Translations under genes and position numbers: made by a program | Notes under the pieces: model-generated | The model's input: only the letters and a program-made list of their open reading frames with translations | What the model was told of the DNA's origin: nothing | The model's database searches: none | Shown: piece after piece, positions 1 to 23,502 of the stretch | How the letters are laid out: each line of letters begins with the position of its first letter | How positions within the stretch are numbered: position 1 is the stretch's first letter | Assembly: GCF_009914755.1 (NCBI RefSeq) | Contig: NC_060936.1 | DNA length: 64,000 nucleotides | Direction: 5' to 3' (one strand) | DNA from: the human T2T-CHM13v2.0 reference genome, Homo sapiens

Positions 1-2107
<2,107 letters not shown>

Positions 2108-2246
2108 GGCCGGGCGTGGTGGCTCACGCCTGTAATCCCAGCACTTTGGGAGGGCTAGGCGGACAGATTACCTGAGGTCAGGAGTTCCATACCAGCCTGG
2201 CCAACATGGTGAAACCCCGTTTCTACTGAAAATACAAAAATTAGCC
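2108..2246 (+). mobile_element. Alu left monomer (host of PABPC1 retrocopy)
   Basis: GGCCGGGCGTGGTGGCTCACGCC... ending in linker AAAATACAAAAATTAGCC. Confidence 0.95.
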
Positions 2247-5240
<2,994 letters not shown>

Positions 5241-5797
5241 AAGGAAGGAAGGGGGTGGGGGACGGGGAGGGGAGGGGAGAAGAGGCAGAAGGGTATTTGA
5301 GGGCATATGCTTTTTTCTCTCCATTAAATGAGGAACATAATATCACCCTGAAATTCCACTCCATTTTGTTAACCATGTGCAGAGGATATCGCTTTTAAAA
5401 TACATATATTAAGGAACAGGCAACAGAGATTGTCCCTTAGGCGGGAAGCTGATGTGTAAAACAGACTCTTTTCCCTCACTGTATACATTTTAATACTGCA
5501 TGGGTTTTGCATCATATGCTTGTATCTCCCAATTAATTGTAAAGCCAACAAAATCTTGGCTCAACTTAATGAATAATAAAAGTAATAGAGGGACCCTTTG
5601 ACTTATATATGTCTATTATCTTCCGCATATATTTTGTTATCCCAATATACCTTGCACTGTAGCAAGGAATACATGTGATCATTTCAGCAGTTATAAAAGA
5701 TCACAAAAAGTAGGGGAGAAAGGAGGAAAGGTAGGAAGGGAGGGAGGGAAGAATAGAAAGGAAAGGAATAAAATGTAGGCTGGTATAATAAAGTTGG

Positions 5798-6390
<593 letters not shown>

Positions 6391-7207
6391 ATAATAGTAA
6401 TACAAAGTTGGTGATTTGTGCTGAGCCAGTTTCTCTTTCAGGGGAAAAACATCACATCAGAAAACTAGATAAATATTATGATTAAAAGATATGAAATAGA
6501 ATTTGATAAAAAGACATCAGATAGTCAAGGGTAAATTGTCAGTTAATAACAATATTTTTAAATGCTTTGTGGAGGGAAATTCCATGTCACAAAGACTTAG
6601 AAAAAAAGAGAAGGAAGACAAGCCTATCACGTATATCTATCTATAGATCTAGCCATATCTCCATCTCTCTATCATCCATCTACCTGTCTATATTTATATA
6701 CCTATGGCAGATAGATATGTCTAGATTAAATAGTTAGGTAAATAGATAAAAATATATTAATTTGAAGTCTTTATGTACTAAGTACCATTTGATAGTTTTG
6801 GTTACAAAATAGAAATACAGAAACGGAAGTCATTTATTGTATTATGCCATGGAAAGTGGATGACTCTCATGGTGCAAGTGCAGTCTATGTCCGAAAGAGG
6901 GAGTAGTGAAATCACAGATAGCATCATGGTTTTTCTGACTTTTTGCTTCTGATATTTCCCAACTTAAGAGCCAGAGGAGAGTAGGGAACTGGGAAAGAAG
7001 AGTTTATCAGCTGTTGGATGAACAGATCTTTGGAGTAAGCAGTTGTCTCGCACACTGCAGCTTTACAGCCATTGAGCAGAACACCCAGCCACCAATGCCC
7101 TTCTGTGATTTCCCAAGTCCTTTCCTTTAACCTAAGAATTAAATACTTTTAAACATTCAATAATTATCAAGATGATATCCTTGTTGCTAGAAGCTTTTAA
7201 TTCTACT

Positions 7208-7281
7208 TAAATGAACTGGTTAGAATCTAAAACGTGTTCATTGTTAAATAAACTGGTTAGAATCTAAAATGTATTCATTGT
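7208..7281. repeat. 37-bp tandem duplication
   Basis: TAAATGAACTGGTTAGAATCTAAAACGTGTTCATTGT / TAAATAAACTGGTTAGAATCTAAAATGTATTCATTGT. Confidence 0.85.
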
Positions 7282-7327
7282 TTAATGAAAAATGGGTTCA
7301 TATTCTTGACATTTGATTGCTAAATCA

Positions 7328-7657
<330 letters not shown>

Positions 7658-7959
7658 TCAAAAGAGCCATATTAAAGTTTCTCAGAGTTTCAATAGCTTT
7701 AAATTATTCTTCATGTGAAAAGACAAATATTATTACTTAGATTTATTAAGTGATACATTCATGATACATTTTATTAAATAATACATTCATGAGTTCCTCA
7801 TGTAAATTTCACTTAAAGTTACTTAAATTTAATAAATACTACTTAAATAACCATCAAGGCCTATGGGGGTTCAATTACATTTTCACATTGGCGTTATCCG
7901 GCATGTCAGGTAGGTATCTTACATTGTTCCACATTATCCAGACAATTCAAGGAACAGGA

Positions 7960-8830
<871 letters not shown>

Positions 8831-8951
8831 ACGTAGCATATAAAATGAATAAACTAAACCTATATATAAACCTACATAGCAATTAAAATGAATAAACTAA
8901 ACCTATAAATCCTGTGCTAGTTTTCTACAGCTTCTATTTAAAAAGTTACCA

Positions 8952-9552
<601 letters not shown>

Positions 9553-9662
9553 TTACTGAAAACTTAATGGCTTGAAACAATACAAATTTCTTCTCTTACC
9601 TTTCTAGAGATTCGAAATCCAGAATGGCACTCACTGAGCTAAAATCAAGATGTCAGTAGGAC

Positions 9663-9824
9663 TGTTGTGTTTTTAATGTGTCCCTCAAGAAGTAAGTGTT
9701 AGAAACTTAATCTCCAATGCAATAGTGTCAGGAGGTGGGACCTAATAGGAAGTGTTTAGATCATAAGGGCTCCACCCTCATGAATAGGGTAATGCAGATT
9801 AGAAAAGGGCTTGAGGCTGTGAAT

Positions 9825-9855
<31 letters not shown>

Positions 9856-10053
9856 CTCTCTCTCTTTGTCTTTCACCCCTCATGCCCTCTCACGTCCCAT
9901 CATGGCATGACACAGCCAAAGGCCCTTGCCAGATGCCAGGCCTCTTGATCTTGGACTTTCCAGCCTCCATGACTATGAGAAATAAATTTCTTTTCTTTAT
10001 ATATTACACAGTCTGTGCTATTCTGTTATAGCAACACAAAATGGACTAAGACA
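9663..10053 (+). mobile_element. MST-family MaLR solo LTR with internal (CT)n
   Basis: TG start, GATCTTGGACTTTCCAGCCTCC, AATAAA, end ATAGCAACACAAAATGGACTAAGACA. Confidence 0.85.
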
Positions 10054-10222
10054 GTTGTGTTTCTTCCTGAGGGCTGTATGGGATAATTCATATCTTTGTT
10101 TTATTCAACTTCTAGATGCTGCCTGCCTTCCTTGGCTTGTGGCTTCTCCTTTCATCTTCAAAGCCAGCAATTCCATCTGCAACCTTAATTCCCCTTTGCC
10201 ATATAAGAAAACATATTCACAA

Positions 10223-10787
10223 TGCAGGGCAAAAATAATAATAATAATTTCCCTCTACCCTCTTAGGCTCAGTGGCTGAGCCTGTGAAATAAACTGATAA
10301 AAGACATATTAAGAGGAGTAAAACATACAAATTTTATTTGATCTTAAAAGTTTTACATGGGAAGGGGGAATTACAGAGAAGAGAACCCACCCCCACCAAA
10401 GAAGTAGCCAGGCTTGGAGGCTTTTACACCATTTAAAGGATGATAAATTTATAGAGAAATGACAAGACAAAGGAAAGAGGTTTATAAGTGTTCTAGCAGT
10501 GATAACTTGTGAAAAGATAAATGTAGGAGAATCACTAATGTTAGCCCCCTAGGGCTAGCCAGTAAGGTTTGTTTGTGTAGACTCTTCTGGTACCATTTCT
10601 GTCTATGGTATTGAGGGTTGTTCTCTCTGCTACAGGAAAAGGAGGGATACCTTCACAAGGAAAATTTATACCCTGTTTTTAGGAAGATGGAGGGAGGGCA
10701 GTGAACTTTTTCTCAATTGCCTTCAACTTGAAATAATACTTATGTCAGGATAGAATATTTGGGGGTGGAAAATTCTGATCCCCTACA
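10223..10787 (-). mobile_element. ERV1 solo LTR (MER34/MER39-like)
   Basis: TG...CA bounded insert in MLT1; end GAAATAATACTTATG..TTTGGGGGTGG..TCTGATCCCCTACA. Confidence 0.6.
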
Positions 10788-10843
10788 ACAGATTCCAGGG
10801 ATTAGGATGTGAACTTTTTTTGCAGGATCGGGGGGAAAGGGGT

Positions 10844-11070
10844 GTAACTGTCTGATGGATTCCTCTTTTCTGCTGCCCAAAAAAGATGATACAGAGAACA
10901 GCAGGAGTTGCCATAGAAAAAGACTTTAATTATCACAAGGTAGCTGAGCAGAAGGACAGGAGATATTTCTCAAATCTGCCTCCCCAATAACTCAGAGTCT
11001 AGAGTTTTTAAGGATAATTTGATGCGCAGGGGGATAGGGAATGGGTGCTGCTGATTGGCTGGGGATGAAA
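10844..11070 (-). mobile_element. Truncated ERV1 LTR (MER4-group, LTR8-like)
   Basis: TGTAACTGTCTGATGG..CTCAAATCTGCCTCCCC..AGAGTTTTTAAGGATAATTTG. Confidence 0.65.
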
Positions 11071-12826
<1,756 letters not shown>

Positions 12827-13242
12827 TCTTCTTATCTGAATCAAAGCAGCAATTTCTGGGAAAGGGGGCTACTATAAATCTCTTCTCCAGAGGATTTTCA
12901 TGGCTACGAGGAAGATGGAAAGACCACTTGCACCTGCAAAAACAAACATCATCACAACTTTCTTATTTCCCATTTGCTCACCTAAAATCTCATTTGTCTT
13001 TCCTAAAGAAACTTACTGGTTCTTCCCAGAGTAGCCTCTTCTCCCCATTCTCTTTTTCCTACTAAATTAGGCATATAAGCCTCTAACTTTAACCATGAAG
13101 GAGCTAACTACTTCTTCTGTTAGCTATTATGTGCGTACGAATAAACTTTTTCCTCCAGTGAATCTGTATTTTATCAGTTTAACTCACACACCTCTAAAAA
13201 ATGAACCTAAGAGCATAGAGGAAAACTTTTTCCCCCCTGACA
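12827..13242 (+). mobile_element. ERV1 LTR 3' portion (MER34/MER39-like)
   Basis: TATAAG, AATAAACTTTTTCCTCC..AATCTG..TTTATCAGTTTAA, ending TTCCCCCCTGACA. Confidence 0.6.
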
Positions 13243-13445
13243 GTTTGAAGCAGAGGCACAGTCCTTGCAAAAATGTGAAGGTGATTGGGGCGTACAAGAC
13301 ACATAGGGGGAGCAGTAAGAGTTGAGTATGGCGGGAGCCAATGCAGGGAGGCGTGGTGGCTGGGTTGTTACAGAGGTCAGTCATGAAGGGCCCTCATGTC
13401 TGTCACAAATGTACCTCACCCAAAATAACAAGAATCACTGCTGCA

Positions 13446-13742
13446 GGCCAGGGGCGGTGGCTTACGCCTGTAATCCCAACAGTTTGGGAGGCTGAGGCGG
13501 GTGAATCACCTGAGGTCAGGAGTTTGAGATCAGCGTGGCCAACATGGCAAAACCCCATCTCTACTAAAAATACAAAAAATTAGCTGGGCGTGGTGGCGGG
13601 TGCCTGTAATCCCAGCTACTCAGGAGGCTGAGGCAAGAGAATGGCTTGAACCCGTGAGGCGGAGGTTGCAGTGAGCTGAGATAGTGTCCAGCCTGGGTGA
13701 CAGAGCGAGACTCCATCTCAACAACAAAACAAAACAAAACAA
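13446..13742 (+). mobile_element. Alu
   Basis: Dimer, TSD ACAAGAATCACTGCTG. Confidence 0.92.
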
Positions 13743-14154
13743 GAATCACTGCTGGTACCTCAGGAATCTGAAAGGATATAAGATGTGGCCAAAGTCAAAG
13801 ACAAGTTGTGTCTGCTACTCTGTATCTGAATGTACTTATAGAAAGGGATTTGCATACTATTTTTTATCATAACCCCATCAGTAAAAAATTTTGAACATGC
13901 AATCTCAATATCTGCATACTTACTTTAATAAACTATATGCAGGTACTACTATGGTAATGCTTTGTTTACAAAATACAATGTACTCAAAAATAGAAACTAA
14001 ATAAAGAACATAGACATTGCAATATTGTCTTTCCAAACTCCAACAGATCATCTTGTATCCCATGGAATGAAGGTTCCTCACTACAGAACATGCTGGCCCA
14101 CAGCATATGAAATAAGACATACATCGAACTGTGAGTTCTTTTAAGAAAAATTCA

Positions 14155-14429
14155 GGTTGCGTGCAGTGGCTCATGCCTGTAATCCCAGCACTTTAGGAGG
14201 CCAAGGCAGGCGGATCACCTGAGGTCAGGAGTTCGAGACCAGCTTACAACATGGCGAAATCTCGTCTCTACCAAAAATACAAAAATTAGCCAGGCATGGT
14301 GGCACCTGGCTGAGGCACGAGAGTTGCTTGAACCTGGAAGGCAGAGGTTGCAGTGAGCTGAGATTGCACCACTGCCCCCCAGCCTAGACGACGAAGTAAG
14401 ACTGTGTCTCAAAAAAAAAAAAAAAAAAA
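14155..14429 (+). mobile_element. Alu
   Basis: Dimer with internal deletions, TSD AAAAATTCAG. Confidence 0.9.
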
Positions 14430-14723
14430 TTCAGATGATGGGCCAGGAAAAATTGTTCAGAAAAAAAGCCCCAAGGAAACAATGGTGACGCTAGTCTCTA
14501 TAGTTGCACTAGACTTTTAATAGTGTGGTTTTCAGTAGAAGTAGAATTGCTTCTTAGGGGCCAAAGGAAGCTGAATTGCTTCTTTTTTGGACATGTAAGG
14601 GAGTATTTTGGTTTGTCACAATATTTTAGGAAGAAAGGATATTAGCTATTTAGTGGATGGGTCCAATGTTAGATTATCCCACCAGGTATTCGTGTGTGTG
14701 AAATATTGATTTAAACCATCTAA

Positions 14724-15044
<321 letters not shown>

Positions 15045-15108
15045 TAGAGTATATTCTGGTCTTATTACTTCTTTCTCTCTCTCTTTTTTTAGAGTATATT
15101 CTGGTCTG

Positions 15109-15110
<2 letters not shown>

Positions 15111-15142
<32 letters not shown>

Positions 15143-15380
15143 ACAGGGTGTCACTGTGTTGCTCGTGGGCTCAGGCAATCCTTCAGCCTCAGCCTCCGAT
15201 GTCTCATGTAGCTAGGACCAAAGGCAAACACCACCCCCTGGCTAATTTTTTGATTTTTTTGTAGAGATGGGGTTTCACTGTGTTGCCCAGCCTGGTCTCA
15301 AACTCCTGGGCTCAAGTGATCTGCCCACCTGGGCCTCCCAAAATGCTAGAATTACAGGTGTCAGCCACCATGCCTGTCCT
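15111..15380 (-). mobile_element. Alu with (CT)n tail
   Basis: Reverse Alu consensus. Confidence 0.85.
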
Positions 15381-15584
15381 GCTTCTCTTATGTCTAAATT
15401 TATTAATTATAAGTAGGTACAAGCCTCTGACTGCTTCATTAAGTTTTCTATTGTAGTGGATCTGAGTATTTGCATATTTAAATATATATCATTTCATTAT
15501 GATTTACTTTCTTTTAATGTGTCCATGTTACAGTTAAATGTTATATTGACTTTATGAAGAAAAATACAAGGCAGATACAGATAC

Positions 15585-15930
15585 ATTTTTTTTCTTGCTT
15601 TTTTTTTTTTTTCTAAGAGACAGGGTCACACTCTGTCACCCAGGCTGGAGTGCAATGGCACGATATTAGCTCACTGCAGCCTTGAACTCCTGAGCTCATA
15701 CAATCCTCCTGCCTCAGCCTCCCAAGTAGCTGAGACTACTGGTACGTGCGACCATGCCCAACTAGTTTTTTTGTTTTGTTTTGTTTTGTTTTTGTTTTTT
15801 TTAATTTTTTTTTTTCTAGAGACAGGGGTCTCTCTAAGTTGCCCAGGCTGCTCTCGAACTCCTGGCCTCAAGTGATCCTCTTGCCTTGGCCTCCCAAAGT
15901 GCTAGGATTACAGGTGTGAGCCACCACATA
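15585..15930 (-). mobile_element. Alu (AluJ-like)
   Basis: Reverse Alu consensus, expanded linker. Confidence 0.88.
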
Positions 15931-15963
15931 TGTCTCATTTTGTTTTCTATAAATTCTCTTTTA

Positions 15964-16338
<375 letters not shown>

Positions 16339-16374
16339 GGTGGGAGGGAGGGTTCAAATTCTGTAAAAGTAGAG

Positions 16375-16648
16375 CGTGAAACTCTTCTGTATGATACTGC
16401 TTTAGTGGAAACATTTCATTATGCATTTATCAAAATCCATGGAATGCACAACACAAAGAGTGAACCCTAATGTAAACTATGGGCTTCAGTTAATAATCAC
16501 AGATCAATATTGACTCGTCAATTGTAACAAATGTATCACACAACCACAAGATGTTCATAATAGGGGAAATCGCAGGGTAAGGAAGTTTATGGGAACTCTC
16601 TTGTACTTTCTGCCCAATTTTTCTGTAAACTTAAAACTGCTTTTAAAA
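16375..16648 (+). mobile_element. L1MC-type 3' end
   Basis: GAGTGAACCCTAATGTAAACTATGG..TGGGAACTCTC..TTTTCTGTAAACTTAAAACTGC. Confidence 0.8.
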
Positions 16649-18789
16649 TGCAATAATTTATTGCTTTTATTTCTTTAAGAAAGCATTGGTTCTGATTGGT
16701 TTGAGAACAGCTAATTTAAATAAAGAACTACTTCATAAGAATTCAAATTTATACCAAAAATCTAGGACAGGTGATAATTGTTTTCCAAAAATGTTCTTTC
16801 CTTTACAAAAGGCGATAGATACCATGAGATTCTTTCAAATAACAAATGTCTCTGTTACATTTAAATAGGACTCTACCAACCCTAGATTTCCCTTGCACAG
16901 TCACCAGCAGCAGATCTGTGTGTAAAATGAGGAATAACGCCACAGACTGTTTCTTTGTAGAAGAGGTGACAGAATTAGGCAGCCTCAAAATGTCTGCTGC
17001 CAAAGTATAATGGCAAGAAAAGAAGGAGTCTGTCATTTATTTCCTAAAATATAAGCATTAGAGAGATACATGTATTTCTTGGTATAATAAATCTTTTGTT
17101 ACAGCTTGCTTTATATACCAATTTATCTCTAACTCTGACAACTGAATTACAACTGCCATTTCTTGTCTAACTTTGGCTGTTTTCCTCTGAGTAATAATAC
17201 AATCTTTTTTTTTTTTTTGTATAAGTGATGGGATTTAATACTTTCATCAGGATGGGTTCATTGAATATTCATATTCTGCTTATATTGTGCAGAGCCACAT
17301 GGGAAGCTGTAGTAGAATTTCAAAAGCAGAAAATAGTAGCTCTGATGAGAAGGCTGTTATGTGTGGGTGTTTAGAAGTTATTAATATGAGATTAAGCAAA
17401 GCAAATTCTGTTTTAACAATGATTTGTGCAAAGTGGAAACAGGTGATTTTTGAGCAGATGGCTAAAAATATTATAGAGCAGCTTCACTGAAACAAAATAA
17501 AAGAGTGTAAAGCCCTGATTTATTTTAGTTTTCTTGAAAATCAGAGACAAGTTTTTTTGGGGGGAGGGGAGCTAAATTATACAATTGAACATTTTTGAAT
17601 AATCATTCATTTCATTGCTGTCTTTTGCCTTTTCTCTCTGTGACATTCCATTTCTTTACCTCTTTCTTTTCTGTCCTTTCTCTCTCTGCCTGTCTTTCGT
17701 CAGCCTCTCCTGCACCAATCCTTTCAGGACCTCATCGAAACTCACCTTTATTGTTTCATTCCATCCTCTTTTCTGCCAGGGAAAGTGCATCAGAATGGAA
17801 TTGGCAAGATCATTTGACAGCTTGTCTTTACTATTCTGCTGCCAAAAGAGGGAAAATGGATATTTATACGGTCCATTTAGACAAGCTGCTGTAAAATTAC
17901 AGGCCAAGTTTCTTTTAAAACAATAATTAATATTTCTTGATTGACTATCTGGCAAACTGCACTGGACTAATCCAACCTATGAATGAGTGGGATTTCCCTA
18001 GATTTGTGCAGTTGAACCCTGCACAAATCTACTCAGAAGTGGGTTTTTATTGTTGGATTTTGTTCACACCAATTACAAAGCGCAGGGCTCACAGTGTTGG
18101 GTTGAATAATATAATATTGCCATTTTTATGTCAAAAATGATCAACTATCAGCAATGTTATGTGGTTCAACTTAATAGATCATAAATATCTGTTGATTATA
18201 ATTGAATAGACTATACAATTCATTCTATAAAATGTTTGAGGTAATGTATAATAAAGTGTGGACATATAGTAAGCTGATAATAAGCTACAAAGCAAGCCCA
18301 TTAATATCAAAGAAATCCTCAACTAACATACAAGGTTCCAACAAGAAGGTAAATAGGACAGATAAATAAGGTACAAGGTCCTCGACAACTGCAATGATTT
18401 TACTATAAATTTAGACCTTCTCATTCTACATCGAAGTAATACCAATGACAATGACAACCAATATTTATTTGTGCCAGACTTGGTGCTAAGTGCTTTATAT
18501 ATACTTTGCATTTAGTGCCTACCACAACCTGTTAGGGTAATTATCTCTATCTTACAGATAAAATAGTACTAATAATAATCTTTGAGAAAATCGTCCAGTT
18601 TCTTAGGGACACATTAAATTGAAACAAAAGTATTGACAATGTCCTCAGTGTTACTTGAGTAAATGTAGCAAATCTTTTATAAGGATATTATTTTAATATC
18701 CCTTAGCCTTGAGCAAAGATTCTCATGCATAAGAATCACATGAGAACTTCCTAGGCACCCAAAATTCAGACCCTAATGTTTCCTTGCTC

Positions 18790-18935
18790 TTCCACATGTG
18801 GTCTTTATGACAGCACTATTGACATGGCATAGGAGGTTATGAAAAAAGCAAGATCTTAGGCTCATTCCAGAAGAAATCAGAACTGCATTTTAGCAAGACC
18901 CCCAGGTGATTTGTACACACATCAAAGTTGAGAAG
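18790..18935. mobile_element. MER5-like hAT-Charlie remnant
   Basis: CTGCATTTTAGCAAGACCCCCAGGTGATTTGTACACACATCAAAGTTGAGAA. Confidence 0.6.
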
Positions 18936-19271
18936 TGTCATTTTGAAGAGTGTAAAGTAGGTCCCATGTGTCCAAATTTGAAACACATTCCCAAAGTGAT
19001 TCTGATGTATGTGATCAATGGTAAGGTCATATTTGATAACACATTGTCCCAAGACATGATACCAAAATGCAATTCACTGAAACCAATACTGCAAATAATT
19101 TGAGAAGCCAAAGGGTTACAGAATCAAGACAGTAAGAGAGAGGTGTGCAGAGCAATCTGTATTCTGAAGCTCTGGCTGGATCCAGAAATAAAACCTAGGA
19201 TATTGGCAGGGGAGAGTGTATCCTTTGTGTTAAGAGGAGTAGCAGAATGGCCCATTTCAGACATGAAATTC

Positions 19272-19547
19272 TTTTTTTTTGAGACAGAGTTTCGCTTTTG
19301 TTGCCCAGGTGCGATCTTGGCTCACCACAACCTCTGCCTCCTGGGTTCAAGCGATTCTCCTGCCTCAGCCTCTAGAGTAGCTGAGATTACAGGCATGCGC
19401 CACTATGCCCGGCTACCTTTGTATTTTTAGTAGAGACGGGGCTTCTTCATGTTAGTCAGGCTGGTCTCTAACTCCCGATGTTGGGTGATCCGTCTGCCTC
19501 GGCCTCCAAAAGTGCTGGGATTACAGGTGTGAGCCACCATGCCCGGC
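19272..19547 (-). mobile_element. Alu
   Basis: Reverse Alu, TSD CAGACATGAAATTCTT. Confidence 0.93.
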
Positions 19548-19583
19548 CCCAGACATGAAATTCTTAAAGGCTAATACCACAGC

Positions 19584-19867
19584 TAGCCAGGCCTGGTGGC
19601 TCATGCCTGTAATCCTGCACTTTGGGAGGCTGAGGCAGGCGGAGTGCTTGAACTCAGGAGTTCAAGACCAGCCTGGGCAATGTGGTGAAATCTGGTCTCT
19701 ACCAAAAAATACAAACATTAGCCAGGTGTGGTGGTGCACACTTGTAGTCCCAGCTCCTCAGGAGGCTGAGGTGGGAAGATTGCCTGAACCTGGTAGGTGA
19801 TTGTGCCACTGTACTCCAGCCTGGGTGACAGAGTGAGAATCTGCCTCAAAAAAAAAAAAAAAAAAAA
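19584..19867 (+). mobile_element. Alu
   Basis: Alu dimer consensus. Confidence 0.9.
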
Positions 19868-20473
19868 TCCACAAAACAAACAAACAAACAAAAACACCTG
19901 TGTGAATTTGGCATCGACTCTTTAAAATATTTGTGTTAATTTTTAGAAAATAATTTTAATTATTTACCTCTGAGCCAAAGTGATGCTGCAGTAGGGTGCA
20001 TGATTTATTTTGTGGCTATAGGGACCTCCGTGCATACTCTTACTTATCCCAGGGCATATGGTCAAGTGGTAAATTAACTTCTACATATGGAAATTTGGGG
20101 GCAGTCTAAAAAGGACCATGCTAGATAACAGAGTGGATTAGTACGTAGCAGTGGTCCCAACCATCAGGCACTCCAGATTTCTCACATGTTCCTAAAGAAT
20201 GGGAGTGTGGCAGGGGAGAGGCAGGTTTTCCCGGGCCAAGTGCAGTCTTTCTTGTTTTATAGCTAGAAAAGAGCTACCACAAGGTGGAGCAAAGTCACAG
20301 AGAAGCGGTGTGAGAGCCAGAACCAGGGTTGCCTGTCTCCCAAACTTGGGTCACCCTGGCTTTCTGCATTTTAAATCACAGGCATTCTCCATACCCAACT
20401 TTGTAAACTGAAATGGGTTCTTAACTATGGGAAAGATAAAGAAAATCTGAAAAAAGAAAATAATGGAAATACT

Positions 20474-20805
<332 letters not shown>

Positions 20806-20949
20806 TTACACTAAACAGTTGGATCAGAAAAGAGATCCACCAATAGAAACCCATGACTCCGTCACACACATTTTACTTATTTGAACTCACTTCACAAGTT
20901 TAAAGGAATCATAAGTTCATAGGAAGTGGAATGGAAAATTGGAAAGAGT

Positions 20950-21110
20950 ACCCACTTTGGAGACAGGCAGATGTGAACTGGAATTCTGACCCTGCCAGGC
21001 CAGACATTTACTGAATTTTCTGAGCCTCCAGATTCTCATCTGTAAAATGAGGACAATGGTGTCCGCCATGTAGGGTTCTTCTGAGAATGTGTGCAAAATT
21101 CTTACCTTAG
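20950..21110 (+). mobile_element. MIR remnant
   Basis: TCTGAGCCTC..TTCTCATCTGTAAAATGAGGA core. Confidence 0.65.
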
Positions 21111-21239
21111 TGGGTATATCCCATCTTCAACAACAATAAAATGGTGGCCTACTAATGGTGGCATTAATATTCAATACATTTTATTGACTGTGTATTGAAC
21201 ACCATAATAAAATTAAAGATGAAACATTATCTCTGATCT

Positions 21240-21352
21240 TTATTTATTCTTTGTAGAAATGAGGCTGGTCTTGTACTCCTGGGCTCAAGCAATCCTCCCA
21301 CCTCAGCCTCCCAAAGTGTTTAGATTACAGGCATGAGCCACCACGCCCAGCC
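21240..21352 (-). mobile_element. Alu monomer (FLAM-like)
   Basis: Reverse left-monomer consensus. Confidence 0.8.
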
Positions 21353-21779
21353 TATCTCTGATTTTTAGATAGCTTTCTATTAGGAAGAGTAAAACTAAGA
21401 TAATAATTGTAAAGATAACTAATACTCACTGGGTGTATACCATGGCCTACAAGTACTTTTAAGGGTTTATCTCAGTAAGTGCTTATAACATCCCCAGGAC
21501 TTAGGCATTAACCAATTTTACAGATAAGGAAAATTTGTAACCCATTTTACAAACTAAGGCCTAGAGAGAATAGTAATTTTTACCAGATCCCTTAGGAAAC
21601 AGCAGATTTAGGATTCACCTCTGGGCACCCTGTCTCTGGGGCTTGTTTGCAACACACTGATTTAGGTCTAGACTCAGGCAACAATTCATTTCTAGGTGCT
21701 GCAATCTCTGCTGTCAACTTGTGCTTCCCAGGTGCAAATATGAAACAAATCCCAACAGCATCATGGATATGAATCCCAT

Positions 21780-22700
21780 TTAGATGTGACTATGATTATC
21801 ACCTAAGTAGGCTGCCTGCCTGGTCTCTCTTTCTCTATGGCTAACCCATCCTTCTACACTGCCAACAGTTATCTTTATAAAACACAAATCTGATCGTGAT
21901 ACTTCTCTACTTAAAAGGCTCCCTGCTGTCTGCAGAACTGTGTCCAAGATCTTAGCATGGCACAGGAGGACTCTCCCAGCTGGCCCTGACCTTCCTTCCA
22001 GCCTCTGCTTTCTCTTCACCGTACACTCTTACATAAGACAGCTCCACGTGAAATTAGGGCAGCCAGGGGTGCCATAGTATAACTGCCTGTGTGGTAAAAT
22101 GAAAAAAAGACTGAAAAAAAAACTTAAAAAAAATTGGCATATTTTCTTTACATATATTCTGTTGCTATAAAGTAAAAAAAACTTGCTAAAATTAGATTTT
22201 AAAAAAGCAGTGCAATTAACAATGTCCACATACCCACATACTATCAGCTGACACATGCATATACATATATTACAATTTTTTACATTATTTTTCACCATCT
22301 AGCAGAGATCTGGTATCTTAGTGGAAGATATCTTGTCACTCTATTTGCAATTCCTCTAGAGTATAACACTCTTCCTTTTCCCTGGAATGCATCCCTTTTC
22401 CTCCCTAAAGTTGCCAGCTACTTACTATTCATCCTTTAAATCCAGCTCAAAACCACTCCTCTGCGAACTCTTACACCCAATCCTCTTATGCAGTCTGTTT
22501 TTCCATCCCCAGTGCTCCCAAGACTGGGAGTATTTCTATCTCTTACAGCATTATTGTACTGCTTGTAATTATTTATTTATACAGTAATAGACTGCATGAT
22601 CCTTTCCGGCAGTCTTAATCTTTGAATCCCTAGTTCCTAGCGTGGTGTTTGGCACAGAGTTAAGAACTGGAGAGCCGATCACTGGATACATGAAAGAATG
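21780..22700. mobile_element. L2 remnant with an unassigned insert at ~22060-22320
   Basis: TCTTTATAAAACACAAATCTGATC..CTTAAAAGGCTCCC; CCTGGAATGC..TCATCCTTTAAATCCAGCTCAAA. Confidence 0.6.
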
Positions 22701-22863
22701 ATCAAAGTCTAAAAGTCCCTACTTTCTTTAGATCTTGTGGGGAAAACACTTGAGGGGATACACCTTTGGACACATCATTTTGATAAATCAGGCCCATAAT
22801 ATTTGAGAATTGATTTGAAAGGAGTCAGTAAATATCTCAAGTGGTGTGAGTCAAAAAGGCTAA

Positions 22864-23325
<462 letters not shown>

Positions 23326-23429
23326 TTAAAAGGCTGGCAAGGATGGATTTAAAGTACTTAACACAACACCTGAACCATGCAAAGATGGCAAGGTAAATTC
23401 TTCGTTATATTGTTCAAAAAGAGACTAGA

Positions 23430-23502
23430 GTTTGAGACCAGCCTGGACAACATAGGGAGACCCCCGTCTGTACTAAAATGAAAACAAACAAACAAATAAA
23501 AT
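23430..23502 (+). mobile_element. Very short 5'-truncated Alu left-monomer insertion
   Basis: 14-bp TSD AAAAAGAGACTAGA at 23416-23429 and 23503-23516. Confidence 0.85.

Noticed and set aside
22060-22322. Insert splitting the L2 remnant, with weak hAT-like ends
   Set aside because: Termini too degenerate to assign a family or a TSD.
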